Positions 13,575 to 25,768 of a DNA stretch of 64,000 nt are shown here, piece by piece (position 1 is the first letter of the stretch; the number at the start of each line of letters is the position of its first letter). The position numbers and the translations under genes are program-made. The DNA is from Macrostomum lignano (taxonomy: Eukaryota): assembly GCA_002269645.1 (NCBI GenBank), contig NIVC01002074.1:62001-126000 (forward strand). The letters run 5' to 3'. Under the pieces are notes generated by a model that was given only the letters and a program-made list of their open reading frames with translations, did not search any database and had not been told where the DNA came from.

Positions 13575-13835
13575 CAAGTAGTTCAGGGGTAGACTTCAGA
13601 AACTCCGGTAGTTCAGGGGTAGATTTCAGGAACTCCAGTAGTTCAGGGGTAGATTTCAGAAACTCCAGTAGTTTAGGACTAGATTTCAGGAACTCCAGTA
13701 GTTCAGGGGTAGATTTCAGAAACTCCGGTAGTTTAGGACTAGATTTCAGGAACTCCAGTAGTTTAGGGGTAGATTTCAGGAACTCCGGTAGTTCAGGGGT
13801 AGATTTCAGGAACTCCGGTAGTTCAGGGGTAGAAT
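13575..13835. repeat. 30-bp minisatellite in nested-gene intron
   Basis: GTAGTTCAGGGGTAGATTTCAGGAACTCCA. Confidence 0.9.
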
Positions 13836-13894
13836 ATTCCAGCCCCTAAAGGATTCCAGCTGTGCAGGACTATAAGACTAAACGATAAACTCAC

Positions 13895-14338
13895 CTGAAA
13901 CGCCGGCTGAGCAGTTAACCTGCCGCACATCTCAGGCGACCTTCGCCCCAATTCCGCGGCCAACCGACAGAGCAGCCGCTCCTCGTCCAGAAGCAGCCGA
14001 CAATAACGCGACGCGAGCTCCGACACGCAGCGCCGTTTCCGAGCGGCCTCGTCGCGATCAATGACGCCAGATTTCCGACGAGCCGATTCCGCCAGTAGGT
14101 CGTCGAGGGCCGCCCGGCCGGACACGGCGGACGGCAGCAGGACGTCTAGCAGGCCGTCAGCTCCGGCCGAAGCGGCTAAAGAGATTCGCCGGCCGAAACC
14201 GCCGGCTGGAACTGGACGACCGGACAGTCGGCGAAGATCGCGCATAGCCGCTAAGCAAGTAGATTTGCGGCACTGGCGTATCGCGTCCAGCAGGTCCGGG
14301 ATCGATTCATCAGCAGTCGTCTGCTTTTGCTGCTGCAT
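13895..14338 (-). CDS. Unidentified nested gene, exon 1 (148 codons)
   Basis: GC-rich ORF from ATG 14338. Donor CAG|GTGAGT at 13894, phase 0. Exon-like composition as in neighbouring genes. Confidence 0.7.
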
Positions 14339-14856
14339 AGTCTAAGCCGCCAGCTCAAAAAGGCTTTTGTTTTACTGTCTACCTAGCGCTTCTCTTGCTG
14401 CTTTGAGAATTTCTTAGCACGGATCCACGGATAAAAAAAGCAGCAGACGGGCTACTGCAAATCCGCAGCCACCCCCCAAACCCCCCTCACGCGTATTGAT
14501 TGACTGAACCAAATTGATTTCCGCAGCGATCGGGACTAGCCTAGAATATTCAGTTCCTCCTCTCTCCACTCACTGGCTTCTTTATATGAACATATTTAAA
14601 GTACTGCATTGTGGGTCGCTAGGGCAAGAGCGACTCTCTATACAAGCCAAAAAATACTTTTCGCGTACAATGTACAAAAATAAGCATACAGTGAACTCTA
14701 ACTTCAAGAGGAAGGATTATATGGAAATATGTTGATATTATTGACTCGAGGAGTCAATCAGGCGTGACAACATTTCGAATAGTTTTGAATGGGGATTAGA
14801 AGAATCAGTCTTGGGGAGGATTAAGACATTCACTCTAGAAAACGATTAGAAATAGC

Positions 14857-15480
14857 ACTTTCAGATGGGGATTAACTAAGGCACTTTCAGATGGGGATTA
14901 ACTAAGGCACTTTCAGATGGGGATTAACTAAGGCACTTTCAGATGGGGATTAACTAAGGCACTTTCAGATGGGGATTAACTAAGGCACTTTCAGATGGGG
15001 ATTAACTAAGGCACTTTCAGATGGGGATTAACTAAGGCACTTTCAGATGGGGATTAACTAAGGCCCTTTCAGATGGGGATTAACTAAGGCACTTTCAGAT
15101 GGGGATTAACTAAGGCACTTTCAGATGGGGATTAACTAAGGCACTTTCAGATGGGGATTAACTAAGGCACTTTCAGATGGGGATTAACTAAGGCCCTTTC
15201 AGATGGGGATTAACTAAGGCACTTTCAGATGGGGATTAACTAAGGCACTTTCAGATGGGGATTAACTAAGGCACTTTCAGATGGGGATTAACTAAGGCCC
15301 TTTCAGATGGGGATTAACTAAGGCACTTTCAGATGGGGATTAACTAAGGCCCTTTCAGATGGGGATTAACTAAGGCACTTTCAGATGGGGATTAACTAAG
15401 GCACTTTCAGATGGGGATTAACTAAGGCACTTTCAGATGGGTATTAACTAAGGCACTTTCAGATGGGGATTAACTAAGGC
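14857..15480. repeat. 26-bp minisatellite, about 24 copies
   Basis: GCACTTTCAGATGGGGATTAACTAAG. Confidence 0.95.
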
Positions 15481-15518
15481 AGTCTCATATTCGAACTTAT
15501 TAATAAGCCTCAGCTCAC

Positions 15519-15781
15519 CAAACAAGTCAAAGTTGGGCTGTATCTTGCTGTCAGCCAGGGTGAACCAAATCAAGCCAAAGATCATGCAGAACATGGCTGA
15601 TACATCGTAGACATTGTAGCGGCGGCCCTGTATCAGAATGCCGCCAATCATAGTTGGCACCAGTTTGCAGCATTTCATAATCACCTGAGTAGGATAGCTC
15701 AGGTAACCCAGCGCCGTATTGCTGGCTCCCATAGTTGTGACGGTGAGAAATCCCAACAGCGCGTACGTTCGCCAGGGGATT
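15519..15781 (-). CDS. SLC35B3: SLC35B3 exon 2
   Basis: IPWRTY...SNTALGYLSYPTQVIMKCCKLVPTMIGGILIQGRRY...WFTLADS..PNF is a hallmark of PAPST2. Donor G|GTGAGC. Confidence 0.92.
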
Positions 15782-16004
15782 CTGCGAGCCAATTATGGGA
15801 AAAAATTAATTGGGAGAATTTTTTGCTGAGATTTGACACAAAACAGTAGTTATGAATAGCATTAAATGTACATACTTCTAAAGTAGCTCAGTAAACATTT
15901 TATTACCATCTGTATTTATCGAATTTTCGCACTTTAACAAGGACTAAAAACGGTCAAAAGCCTATGCTTATGCAGGCCAATATTATTTAATTTTCGTTCA
16001 ACTT

Positions 16005-16945
16005 CATAAACTTCACAAACTCGAAACCTCACAAGCTGGAAACCTCCCAAGCTGGAAAGCTCCCAAGCAGGAAACCTCACAAGCAGGAAACCTCACAAGC
16101 TGGAAACCTCACAAACTGGAAACCTCACAAGTTGGAAACCTCAACAAGCTGGAAACCTCGAGCTGGAAACCTCACAAACTGGAAACCTCACAAGCTGGAA
16201 ACCTCACAAACTGGAAACCTCTCAAGCTGGAAACCTCACAAACTGGAAACCTCACAAGCTGGAAACATCACAAGTTGGAAATCTCACAAGTTGGAAACCT
16301 CACAAGTTGGAAACATCACAAGTTGGAAACCTCACAAGTTGGAAACCTCACAAGTTGGAAACCTCACAAGTTGGAAACCTCACAAGTTGGAAACCTCACA
16401 AGCTGGAAACCTCACAAGTTGGAAACCTCACAAGTTGGAAACCTCACAAGTTGGAAACCTCACAAGTTGGAAACCTCACAAACTGGAAACATCACAAGCT
16501 GGAAACCTCACAAGTTGGAAACCTCACAAGTTGGAAACCTCACAAACTGGAAACCTCACAAGCTGGAAAACTCACAAGCTGGAAACCTCACAAGTTGGAA
16601 ACCTCACAAGCTGGAAACCTCACAAGTTGGAAACCTCACAAGTTGGAAACCTCACAAGTTGGAAACCTCACAAATTGGAAACCTCACAAGCTGGAAACCT
16701 CACAAGCTGGAAACATCACAAGCTGGAAACCTCACAAGTTGGAAACCTCACAAGTTGGAAACCTCACAAACTGGAAACCTCACAAGCTGGAAACCTCACA
16801 AACTGGAAACCTCACAAACTGGAAACCTCACAAGCTTGAAACCTCACAAACTGGAAACCTCACAAACTGGAAACCTCACAAACTGGAAACCTCACAAGCT
16901 GGAAACCTCGAGCTGGAAACCTCGCAAACTCAAAACGAAATAAAC
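16005..16945. repeat. 16-bp minisatellite (SLC35B3 intron 1)
   Basis: TTGGAAACCTCACAAG. Confidence 0.95.
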
Positions 16946-17011
16946 TCGAAACCATCACAAACTTGAAACCCCACAAGCCCGAAACTTGCTCCCAGCTTAA
17001 ACAACACTCAC

Positions 17012-17538
17012 GTCCTGACTTTCTCAATAGACAGGCCGCCTCTCTGCTCAGCGCAGGCCAGCAGCACATAGAAGCCGAACTGCACAGCAGTGATAAAAGT
17101 GCCATGAGGCCGGACGCCTTCAGTTCGAAATATCAATTCGATAACGTAGCCGTATAGGCAGTAGAATATGAACACTCCCAAGCAGCCAGTGGTGAATAGG
17201 AATTCGGTAGATTTGCCAGCCAAATTGAAGCCCATCACTATGAGCACTTCTGGCTCCTTCTTCTTGGCGTCTGCCGCTTCCAGTGTTGGAGTTTTAATGC
17301 TGATGCTGGAGTGACCGGCGCCTCCGCTGGGCGCCTGCTGCTGCTGCTGCATTCTGTTATCGCTAGTAGGCGATGTCGAAGCAACAGTCGAAGCTGACAA
17401 AGTCGACGACGCTGACTCGGCTGCACCAGCGGCGACGTCAATTAGATTACTATTATTACCGTTACTATTACTACTACTAATATTGGTACCGCTAGTCCAT
17501 CCCGCCGAAGCCACGGCTGCTGTGCGTCGGCTTGACAT
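17012..17538 (-). CDS. SLC35B3: SLC35B3 (PAPS transporter 2) exon 1
   Basis: Low-complexity N-terminus then GCLGVFIFYCLYGYVIELIF...FITAVQF. Donor AC|GTGAGT. Start codon choice (17538) is tentative. Confidence 0.85.
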
Positions 17539-18211
17539 GCAAAAAAACACGGCGAGAAAATTGCAGTTTTAATATAGCAAAAAAACGCTACTGATATTAC
17601 TTGACTAAGAATTTTTCAAATGCTAACTAAAAACTGATTTATTAAAAAGTGCTATCCGTCTACTATGAGTAAAATTTCTAGCGTTCTTTTATTTAAACTT
17701 AAAAATAATTGAAGAGTAAAACAGTTGACAGAATAAGCTTCGCATCAAACAAGGGCTGTTGAGTTAAACAATTTTTTATTTTTGCCGTCTTGTGAACGAG
17801 CGTGCTTTGTGCTAATCACGTGCACGTTTTCTAAAGTTCTGAACTTGTTTATATAGATGGCAGCGTTGGGGCTTTTTGGAACTCATTTGAATAAGATTAG
17901 CTTGTTAATTACATTAATGCTAGCTATAACTATTTTATGCGCAAGTACATACTACTAAAAGAGTGATTTATTTAACTGTTTTTTATATATTGGGGGTGGC
18001 AATGGAGAATTAAAGTGCGTTTAAATGTTCAAAAAAACTGTTTTTAAATGTTACACTATTCTAGAGTCTTGTTTGCAATGGTTCACTGAGAGGTGTCAGA
18101 ACTAGCGACGGGTCGAGCCAGGAGAACTCTGAAATGAATTGTTAGAAAGATTTTAACAATGCAACTGGATTAGGAAACAAAAAATTCCATAGCTATTTAT
18201 TGAGGGTCTGT

Positions 18212-18495
18212 GAGGCTGGCCCAGCAACTGAGGATCTGGGAGGCTGGCCCAGAAACTGAGGATCTGGGAGGCTGGCCCAGAAACTGAGGATCTGGGAGGC
18301 TGGCCCAGAAACTGAGGATCTGGGAGGCTGGCCCAGCAACTGAGGATCTGGGAGGCTGTCCCAGAAACTGAGGATCTGGGAGGCTGGCCCAGAAACTGAG
18401 GATCTGGGAGGCTGGCCCAGAAACTGAGGATCTGGGAGGCTGGCCCAGAAACTGAGGATCTGGGAGGCTGGCCCAGAAACTGAGGATCTGGGAGG
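18212..18495. repeat. 28-bp minisatellite
   Basis: AGGCTGGCCCAGAAACTGAGGATCTGGG. Confidence 0.92.
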
Positions 18496-18608
18496 GTGCT
18501 TATATTAGCGTACTGTGATAATACCAAGAAATCGCTCGGCAAATCCAAAATTATATATCAGTTGTGTACATCATAACACCTACCTCTCACACCCAGCCGG
18601 ACACCTGT

Positions 18609-18872
18609 TTAGATGAACTTATCAATGCAGATGTTGCCCTCGCGATCAACCGATTTGAACAGGCCGGCCTCGTAGATGCGTTTGAAGACCGCCTTCTGGT
18701 GGTCGAGGTCCTGCACCTTGGCGTGGTACTCTTTGTAGGCCTTACGGCGCGGCAGAATATGGGCCAGGGTGTAGTAGGTGCAGATGGCAGTTGGCACCAG
18801 GAACCAAAAAATGCCGTGCCGTCTAACCTGGGCGGCGTAGAGGCCGCGCAGCATTGGCTTGGTGCTGCTCAT
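18609..18872 (-). CDS. COX6C: Cytochrome c oxidase subunit 6C, intronless CDS
   Basis: KPMLRGL...RRH...TM helix...RRKAYKEY...YEAGLFKSV resembles COX6C (KPRMRGLL...RKKAYADFY...KAGIFQSV). Confidence 0.8.
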   Translation of the reverse strand: MSSTKPMLRGLYAAQVRRHGIFWFLVPTAICTYYTLAHILPRRKAYKEYHAKVQDLDHQKAVFKRIYEAGLFKSVDREGNICIDKFI

Positions 18873-19339
18873 TGTTGTATCTGATTATTATTGCTGCGGA
18901 GACAGTTATGGTTTTAAAAGTGCTTTCAATCAACAAAAAGTTAAATAAGTAGTCAAATTCTACATGTTAACAAAAAAGTTTTAAAATAAAATGGAATGCT
19001 TATAGAAATAAAATATTGTTTTAATTATTTGCTTTTTCGATTTGAATAATAAACAATATATAAATCTATAGAAGGTATGCAGTTTCTTCTAGAGTATATA
19101 ATTTGTCTTTAAATTTTTATTTGCAAAACTTTTAGTAGGCCCTATAAATACTTTGAAACCTAATGCCATTTTTAAAGAATTTAAATGCACTTTTACTGAA
19201 CTGATTTGATTATTGCAATAATTAGCACAGCAAAGCTAACTTGCTAATACAAACAACTATATAAGTTAAATATAAATCTTATATCATATTTTCATAGAGA
19301 AATGAAGGCCAACACCAACATATAAGAAATTATTATAAT

Positions 19340-19378
19340 AGCCAACACCTTTCGACACAAGCGGTCATCTTCAGGGCT
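19340..19378 (-). ncRNA. Degenerate minimal type I hammerhead ribozyme (second copy)
   Basis: AGCC-CTGAAGA-T-GAC(loop)GTC-GAAA-GGTGTT-GGCT on minus strand, downstream of the PLE ORF. Confidence 0.65.
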
Positions 19379-20483
19379 TGCACTCATGATTCACAGTTCA
19401 GTATACTTAAATAGAGAAAATCAAAAACTGTACATGGCAATAGACAAATGGGTTCAGTCCGGTCAATAATTGTACATTAAGAGACGAAATTATAACAAAT
19501 TATTTGGCCATCACACAGAAAATGCAACCACAGAGCAAACAGTATTGGCGGGGAGAGAGCATCAAACCCACACCAAGCCTAGAAAACCTTGAGCTGTAAA
19601 CTGGCTCCTCCACCTGCAAGCTGAGTATTCAAACTAGGTCTATGATGCTTAATGTGCAAGGCTTCCAGCACTCTGAGCTTGCCATCAAATCTACATCTAT
19701 CCAAAACAGTGAAAAGCTCAGTTGGCTCATGCTCACAACAAGCATTGCAACTAAGCAAGTGATCATGCACAACAGAGTTATTCATTCTATGCTCCCTAGC
19801 CCTAGTGTACAGGTGCCTTTTGGTTTTTCCTATGTAGGAAATGCTCTGATCACCAGAGCAACAAAATTGATAGATGACACCAGCAGACAAAGCTCTAGGG
19901 GCCTTCGACTTCAACCTGCTAACAAACTGGCCAATTTTGGCAGTCTGAAACACAACCATGACCCAAGAGTTGAAATACTTCAAGAAGGTTCTTTTAAGCT
20001 TCTTTTCCAGACTCAGGGATGGGACTCCAAGGAATGGGAGTTTGATCGAGAAATCACTGAAATTCGACCTCTTATCTTCGTCAGTCAAACTAGACTCAGT
20101 CATTTTCTTAGTCAGAAATCTGTTCAGCACTTTACCAACAAAACCCCTAGGGAAACTGTTACGTTGAAAAATGTCAGTGAGCTTGACGACTTCTTGGTGG
20201 AAAGATTGCAAAGTACTACAGATACTAAACGCTCTATGCATCATGCACCCGACAAGACTAGCCTTCCATTGGCACGGCTCAACACATTAAAGTTGAGCAT
20301 GAGACTAGTAAACGTGGTGATGGCCACGTGTGATGATGTGTTTCTGTGTGATGGCCAAATAATTTGTTATAATTTTGTCTCTTAATGTACAATTATTGAC
20401 CAGGCTGAACCCATTTGTCTATTGCCATGTACAGTTTTTGATTTTTTCTATTTAAGTATACTGAACTGTGAATCATGAGTGCA

Positions 20484-20522
20484 AGCCCTGAAGATGACCA
20501 CTTGTGTCGAAACACATTGGCT
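20484..20522 (+). ncRNA. Degenerate minimal type I hammerhead ribozyme (PLE-associated)
   Basis: AGCC-CTGAAGA-T-GAC(loop)GTC-GAAA-CACATT-GGCT. Stems I and II pair; stem III is mismatched. Confidence 0.65.
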
Positions 20523-23500
20523 ATTATAATAATTTCTTATATGTTGGTGTTGGCCTTCATTTCTCTATTATTTATTAAACGAGCATTGCTACCAGATTCA
20601 TATTTTCATATTTTCAAATGTTACACTATTCTAGAGTCTTGTTTGCAATGGTTCACTCAGAGGTGTCAGAGGCCCAGCAACAAAGCTGAGTGGACCAATC
20701 AATCGATTGACTGGTAGACCAGGTTTAATGCATATCTCCTCATAGACAGCTGGCAACTCAAATGAGGGACTGATGTATATCAATGCAGAATTGTTCTACA
20801 CAACAAATTGGCTATTTTAATTTTGAAATTTTCAAAATTAAGTCTGTTAAAAAAGTAGAAAACTGGTTTTCTTAACCTTCTTTGGCCACTTTTTATGCTC
20901 TGAACTGAAAATTTGCATTAATTTTGAGCAATTGCTCCACAACTGTTTCCTATCTTGGCAATGTATTTTCTCTCCAGTGGGGGGATAGGGGCATTCTAAG
21001 TGGCTCAGTATATACACTTGGGCCCTTGCTAACTGGTGGACAGTGAAACTCAATGCATAAACTTGCAAGCCTCTCACTGTAGCAGGCAGTGAATGTACAC
21101 TAAAAAATTTAATGCTTTACACTGAGAAATTTCAAATGCAAACTGTTCCTCAAGTTTTGAACTTTGAGAGAAGAGACTTATATTGCTAGAAAGATCTTTT
21201 AATGCTGAGTTTGGGGATGTAAGTTGTTTGCTTTAAATGTGAAAAGGAAAAGCACAGCATTTGGAAAATGATTTCCATACTTTACTTTCTGCAAAGATTG
21301 TACTCAGTTTTGCGAGATGTAATAGATAAAGTTGGGGGAGGGTTCAACTTCTTACTGCCACTGTGTATTGAAGGGTTGATTTAGATTGCACAATCATTCT
21401 GTTAAGTTTAACTGAGACTGATACCAGCTGACTGATAAATCGGTTGCGCAACCATTTTATTCAATTAGTTCAATATTTTTATAGGCATCTTTTAACATGC
21501 AGCTCTGTGGAGCTCTAACCCTAACCCTAATCTAACCCTAACCAATGAATCCTGAGAGTTGAGTTCTTTCTGATGGAGAAAATTTTGACTGAGTCCTGTT
21601 TCCCAGAGAGCATTTTGATGGTGTTCAATTTCATAGAGAGGATTTTTTGTTTTTGGAGTTGGATGATTTGACTCATCATGGAATTCAGCTGATATATTTC
21701 AGGGAATGGAATTCCAGTGATGGGAGTTTTTCCCCTTTCTCCTCCAGCGGAGGAGTTGGCCTCGTTATCTGATAAAAATAGTACCTAGGCCAAGAAGTAT
21801 CCCAGAGTCACTAGCACTGTCACAGAGTCATTTCAGACAACACAATTAAAATAGGAAAGAAGTGACTCTATTGAATAGACCAGTCACTAGAACAAGAGAA
21901 GACATTCAATGCATTTTTTCTTTTTTTGATCAGTTACTAGAACAAGAGAGGACATTCAAGACATTTTTTCTTTGTCAAAAAAGTCACTATTTTTCTTCAT
22001 TACACATATTTCTCCAAATTCTGTCTTGTTTGTCATATCCATTTTTCTCTTTTGTATTATTAACCCTTTTTGCTCAAATTTTAGTTGGAATTTCTTCTTG
22101 CCATAATGATAGATAGTTGATTGATATTAGCACCCAACCAACAAGCTGTAGGGTCTGCTAGGCCTACCCACAGAGGTCCCAGTGCAGTATCTTGCCTTTG
22201 CAGCTCAGACATAAGCAATAGAAATGTTCCGAAATTTCAATTTCAATTTTCCTAATTTCAGAGTTTTCAAGAGCAAATTTTGATTTTAAAAAATTTTTGG
22301 AAGTCAAAATTTCAAAAGAGTCTAGATGGTTTAGTTCCAATTTTTCGTTAATTTAGATATTTTTAAGAACTCTGTTACTGTCTAATGATATGATTAAGGA
22401 TTGGTTTTTCAAATGTATTTTGATTTGTTAAAACTATCTAATTAGTTAGCATTTTTCTCAACTGTAATTAATTGATATAATAAAAGGATTGTGCATGTAA
22501 TAATGTGCTATGGGCTATTATATCAATACCTTGAAATTGAGATGTGAAAATAGTTGAGCCTGTAATATCTAGAGCATATGAATTCACAAAAATGGAAGCC
22601 TTTGCTGATGCATATTCTGTACATATACATATACAATGTACAATTTATTATATGTACTATAATACATATATTCACATGTAAAGGTTTACACAAATTGATT
22701 GCTATTTAGCAAATTGGTGATTTTTTGTATATGTACACACAGTTATATGTACATGTACATATATGCATGCTCATGCTCAAATTGCTTTTTACCACTCAAA
22801 AATTCTTTTAAGAGAGGCTGATTCAACTTACATGTACTTGTAAACAATAGCAAATTGCAGTTTGGGATGAAGTGCATTGTAAGGCAGACATTAATCTATA
22901 TATAAGTAGTTCAAAAAGGTTTGAAATTCATTCAAAAGCTAGGATTTTTTATTTCAAAGGTACAGTGTATAGCTAGAAATTCTATCTTTATAGGAAATCA
23001 CTAGGCCAAATTTTGAGCTAAATTCTATTTTGAAACTTGGAACTATAGATTCTAGCTAACTTTTGTCACTAGGTACCCACCTATTCTAAAAGGTCTTTGA
23101 TTTTAAACAATTAAGACCAGAATTGCTTCTGTTAGAAATTATGCAATCTCTTTGTGATTTACTGGGCGAGAACTTGACCCCATATTTCCTACCCATGTAG
23201 TTGTTTTGCATATTTCTATTGTTAGCCCAGCCTAGTCACTTGGACTTGATCTATGTGGACCTTACAACTACTAGCTGTCTATGCATTGTGAACATGATTC
23301 CTTTTATTCCACCCAATTGTGTAGCTAGCTACATGTTTTGAAATGGGGAGAAGGATTGAACTAGGTTTTAAGACTTAACTTGTTTCCTTCCCCCATGTGC
23401 TCAATTATAATTGTGACTAAGCAATTTCATAGAACAGGCTTAATACAACATAGCGGAATGGGCGCCCGCGCCTTCCCGCTATGTCCCCTGTGGGACAGCC

Positions 23501-23663
23501 TTGCAACTAAGGCTTAATACAACAATAATAAGAGAGCTTTGGGTATTAATAAGAGCTTGACTCAGAAGACTTCATGAATTCTGCGCCTACAAGACAATCT
23601 TGCCAAAATTAAGAGCCATTGTGCATGACTACTTTAAGCTTTTCTCTGATCTACTTTCTGTAG

Positions 23664-24931
23664 ACCCGCTGGAAAATAGGGCAGGATTTCAGTTTGGATT
23701 TTTTTTAGTTTGGCCAGATATTCTCTGCATCTGTTTAGTGGGAGAATATCTAGTTGTTTCTTCGGATAAGTGACGCCAACTTTACATATCCGGATGCTTT
23801 GTTTGGATATTGTAGTTCTGTATCTGGACGATACATCCGGATATGTGCATTGAATCCGGTCATAAGTCCGGAAATGTATCCGGCTATAAGGCCGGATTGA
23901 AGCCACATATCCGGATGTTTCGTCCAGATAAAAACATGATATCCAGACGAAACGGCCGGATATGTGCATTGAATCTGGACATAAGTCCGGAAATGTATCT
24001 GGCTATATCGTGCCAATTTTCACATTAATTTAGTTTTCCAAAGGATAATGCAGCATAATCTGCTGCTTCACTTGCACGGATAGATTCTCTTAATTCAAAT
24101 GAATAAATTTTAGCAATTCTTTTGTGCATTTTAGTTGACAAAAAGGGAAAGAATGTTATTATATGTTGTTGTTGATATATATTTGATGCTAACAGAAGTG
24201 TAATGATATTATTAAAAAACAAGGAAATAAACAAGTAACAGGAAAATCGTCAAAAATGATCAAATGCTTATTAGAGAGTTTGTAGAAAACAAGTAGTTAA
24301 ACACAGTTAGTGGAAACTTGAAAGTAAATATTCATCTATATTTTGCAAATCAATCTTGCCGCCTATTCAATATCCAACTGTATATCCATATCCTAATATT
24401 TCAACTTGTTTAGCTAACAGCAATTTTACTACTTGATTAAAGGGCAATAACTGAAAATAAAAAACTTAAGTCCAGTGTTCAAGTAGCTTTCAATGACATT
24501 GGTGCCAAATTGTATTTGCACACAGGAAAATTTAGACACTTAATTTCAGGCATTGCAGATAAAATTTAGTCAGGTACAGTTGTAACTAGAAATTCAGTGA
24601 CAACATTAGCTCTCATGGACAGCTTTCTAAAATCCAGGGTTGATCTGAGCGAAAAATTGAAGAAGGTCATATATGCATTGAAAAAAATAGTGCAGTAAGT
24701 ATCCGAACCAAGAGGTTTGGTATCCGGATGAAAAGTCCAGAAATTTTTGTCCGGATAAGTCATATATCTGGGTGATAATCCGGATATTTGTCTGGATACG
24801 ACTTGTCCGGATATAGTTCAGATAAAATGTCATATCTGGACATATCCGGCCATTCATTCGGAAAAGTGCCCCTATCCGGATCCGGATACGCTATATCCGA
24901 ACCAAATATCTATCCCTATTTTCCAGCAGGG
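23664..24931. mobile_element. Non-autonomous DNA transposon, probably CMC/EnSpm-like
   Basis: 18-bp TIRs (16/18) ending GCTGGAAAATAGGG, possible 2-bp AG TSD, TCCGGA-rich subterminal repeats at both ends. Splits the hAT BED finger. Confidence 0.6.
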
Positions 24932-25768
24932 AGTGCAAAAAATGTAAATAAAAGTTGTTTCCTGGGGCAAAGACCCTTGTAAGCCATCAAACAGTGGCAT
25001 GTTGCTGCATCTTAAAAACTATCACCCTGAGCTGCATGATGCTCAGGAAGAGGCTGCCCTATACAGATCATCAAGAAAATGTGCTATTAAGGAGATCTAG
25101 CAAGAGAATTGAGACTTTCTGCTGCCCAAAAAAGAGAGGTTGATTCAGCCTACTCTTGAGCAATTGCAACAACAAACTGCAATTTGGGATGAAGAGCATC
25201 CTAAAGCCAATCATCTGACTCAATTAATTGGTAAGTGTTTTTTCTCAAGTTTTTTAATCTGGCAGCCTGCACTTTGCAGCAAATAAATCCAACATATACA
25301 TGTAGTTGTATACCTACATGTGTATGTAGATGCATGTACATGTGTAATAAACCATGTATACATGCAGTCATAGTTCATGAGGTTAATTGGTGAAAAGTAT
25401 AACATGTTTTTATAACAGCAGTATGCTTGTATACACACAAAATATGTACCTTTCCTATTTAATTTCAAAGGAAAGATGATAGCCATTGACCACCAGCCAT
25501 TCAGCCTTGTTGAACAACAAGGGTTCCAAGAACTTTTACACTTCTTGGCTCCAAACTATTCAATCCCAATTCGTCAACATTTTCCAGAAATTGTTGTATT
25601 GGCTTTGTACAAAGATGTCCACTTGAATATGCGAAATCTTTTGGGCAATAGTGAAACTATTGCTTGCACAAGCAATGAATAGACTTTGATAAAGGGAAAG
25701 TAGTCAATTGTCAGCCTGACTGCCCATCTGATTAATGATCAGTTTAAGTTTTGGAAGGCAGTTTTGTG

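Larger units (their letters stand above)
19294..20568 (-). mobile_element. 5'-truncated Penelope-like retroelement with inverted terminal (pLTR) repeats
   Basis: ORF 19579-20244 has RT C-terminus (HRAFSICS) and GIY-YIG endonuclease (GVIYQFCC...YIGKTKRHL..R..EH...EALHIK...P.LN). Upstream frameshift near 20281. About 228-bp inverted repeats at 19294-19521 and 20341-20568. Confidence 0.9.

Noticed and set aside
21515-21543. Interstitial telomeric repeat (CTAACC)n; similar words near 46513
   Set aside because: Only about 5 imperfect units, common inside repeats. No sign of a chromosome end or fusion.
23451-23515. HDV-like ribozyme in the 59-bp insert
   Set aside because: CTAA and TTCCCG-like words are present, but I could not build P3 or the nested P1/P2 pseudoknot on either strand.
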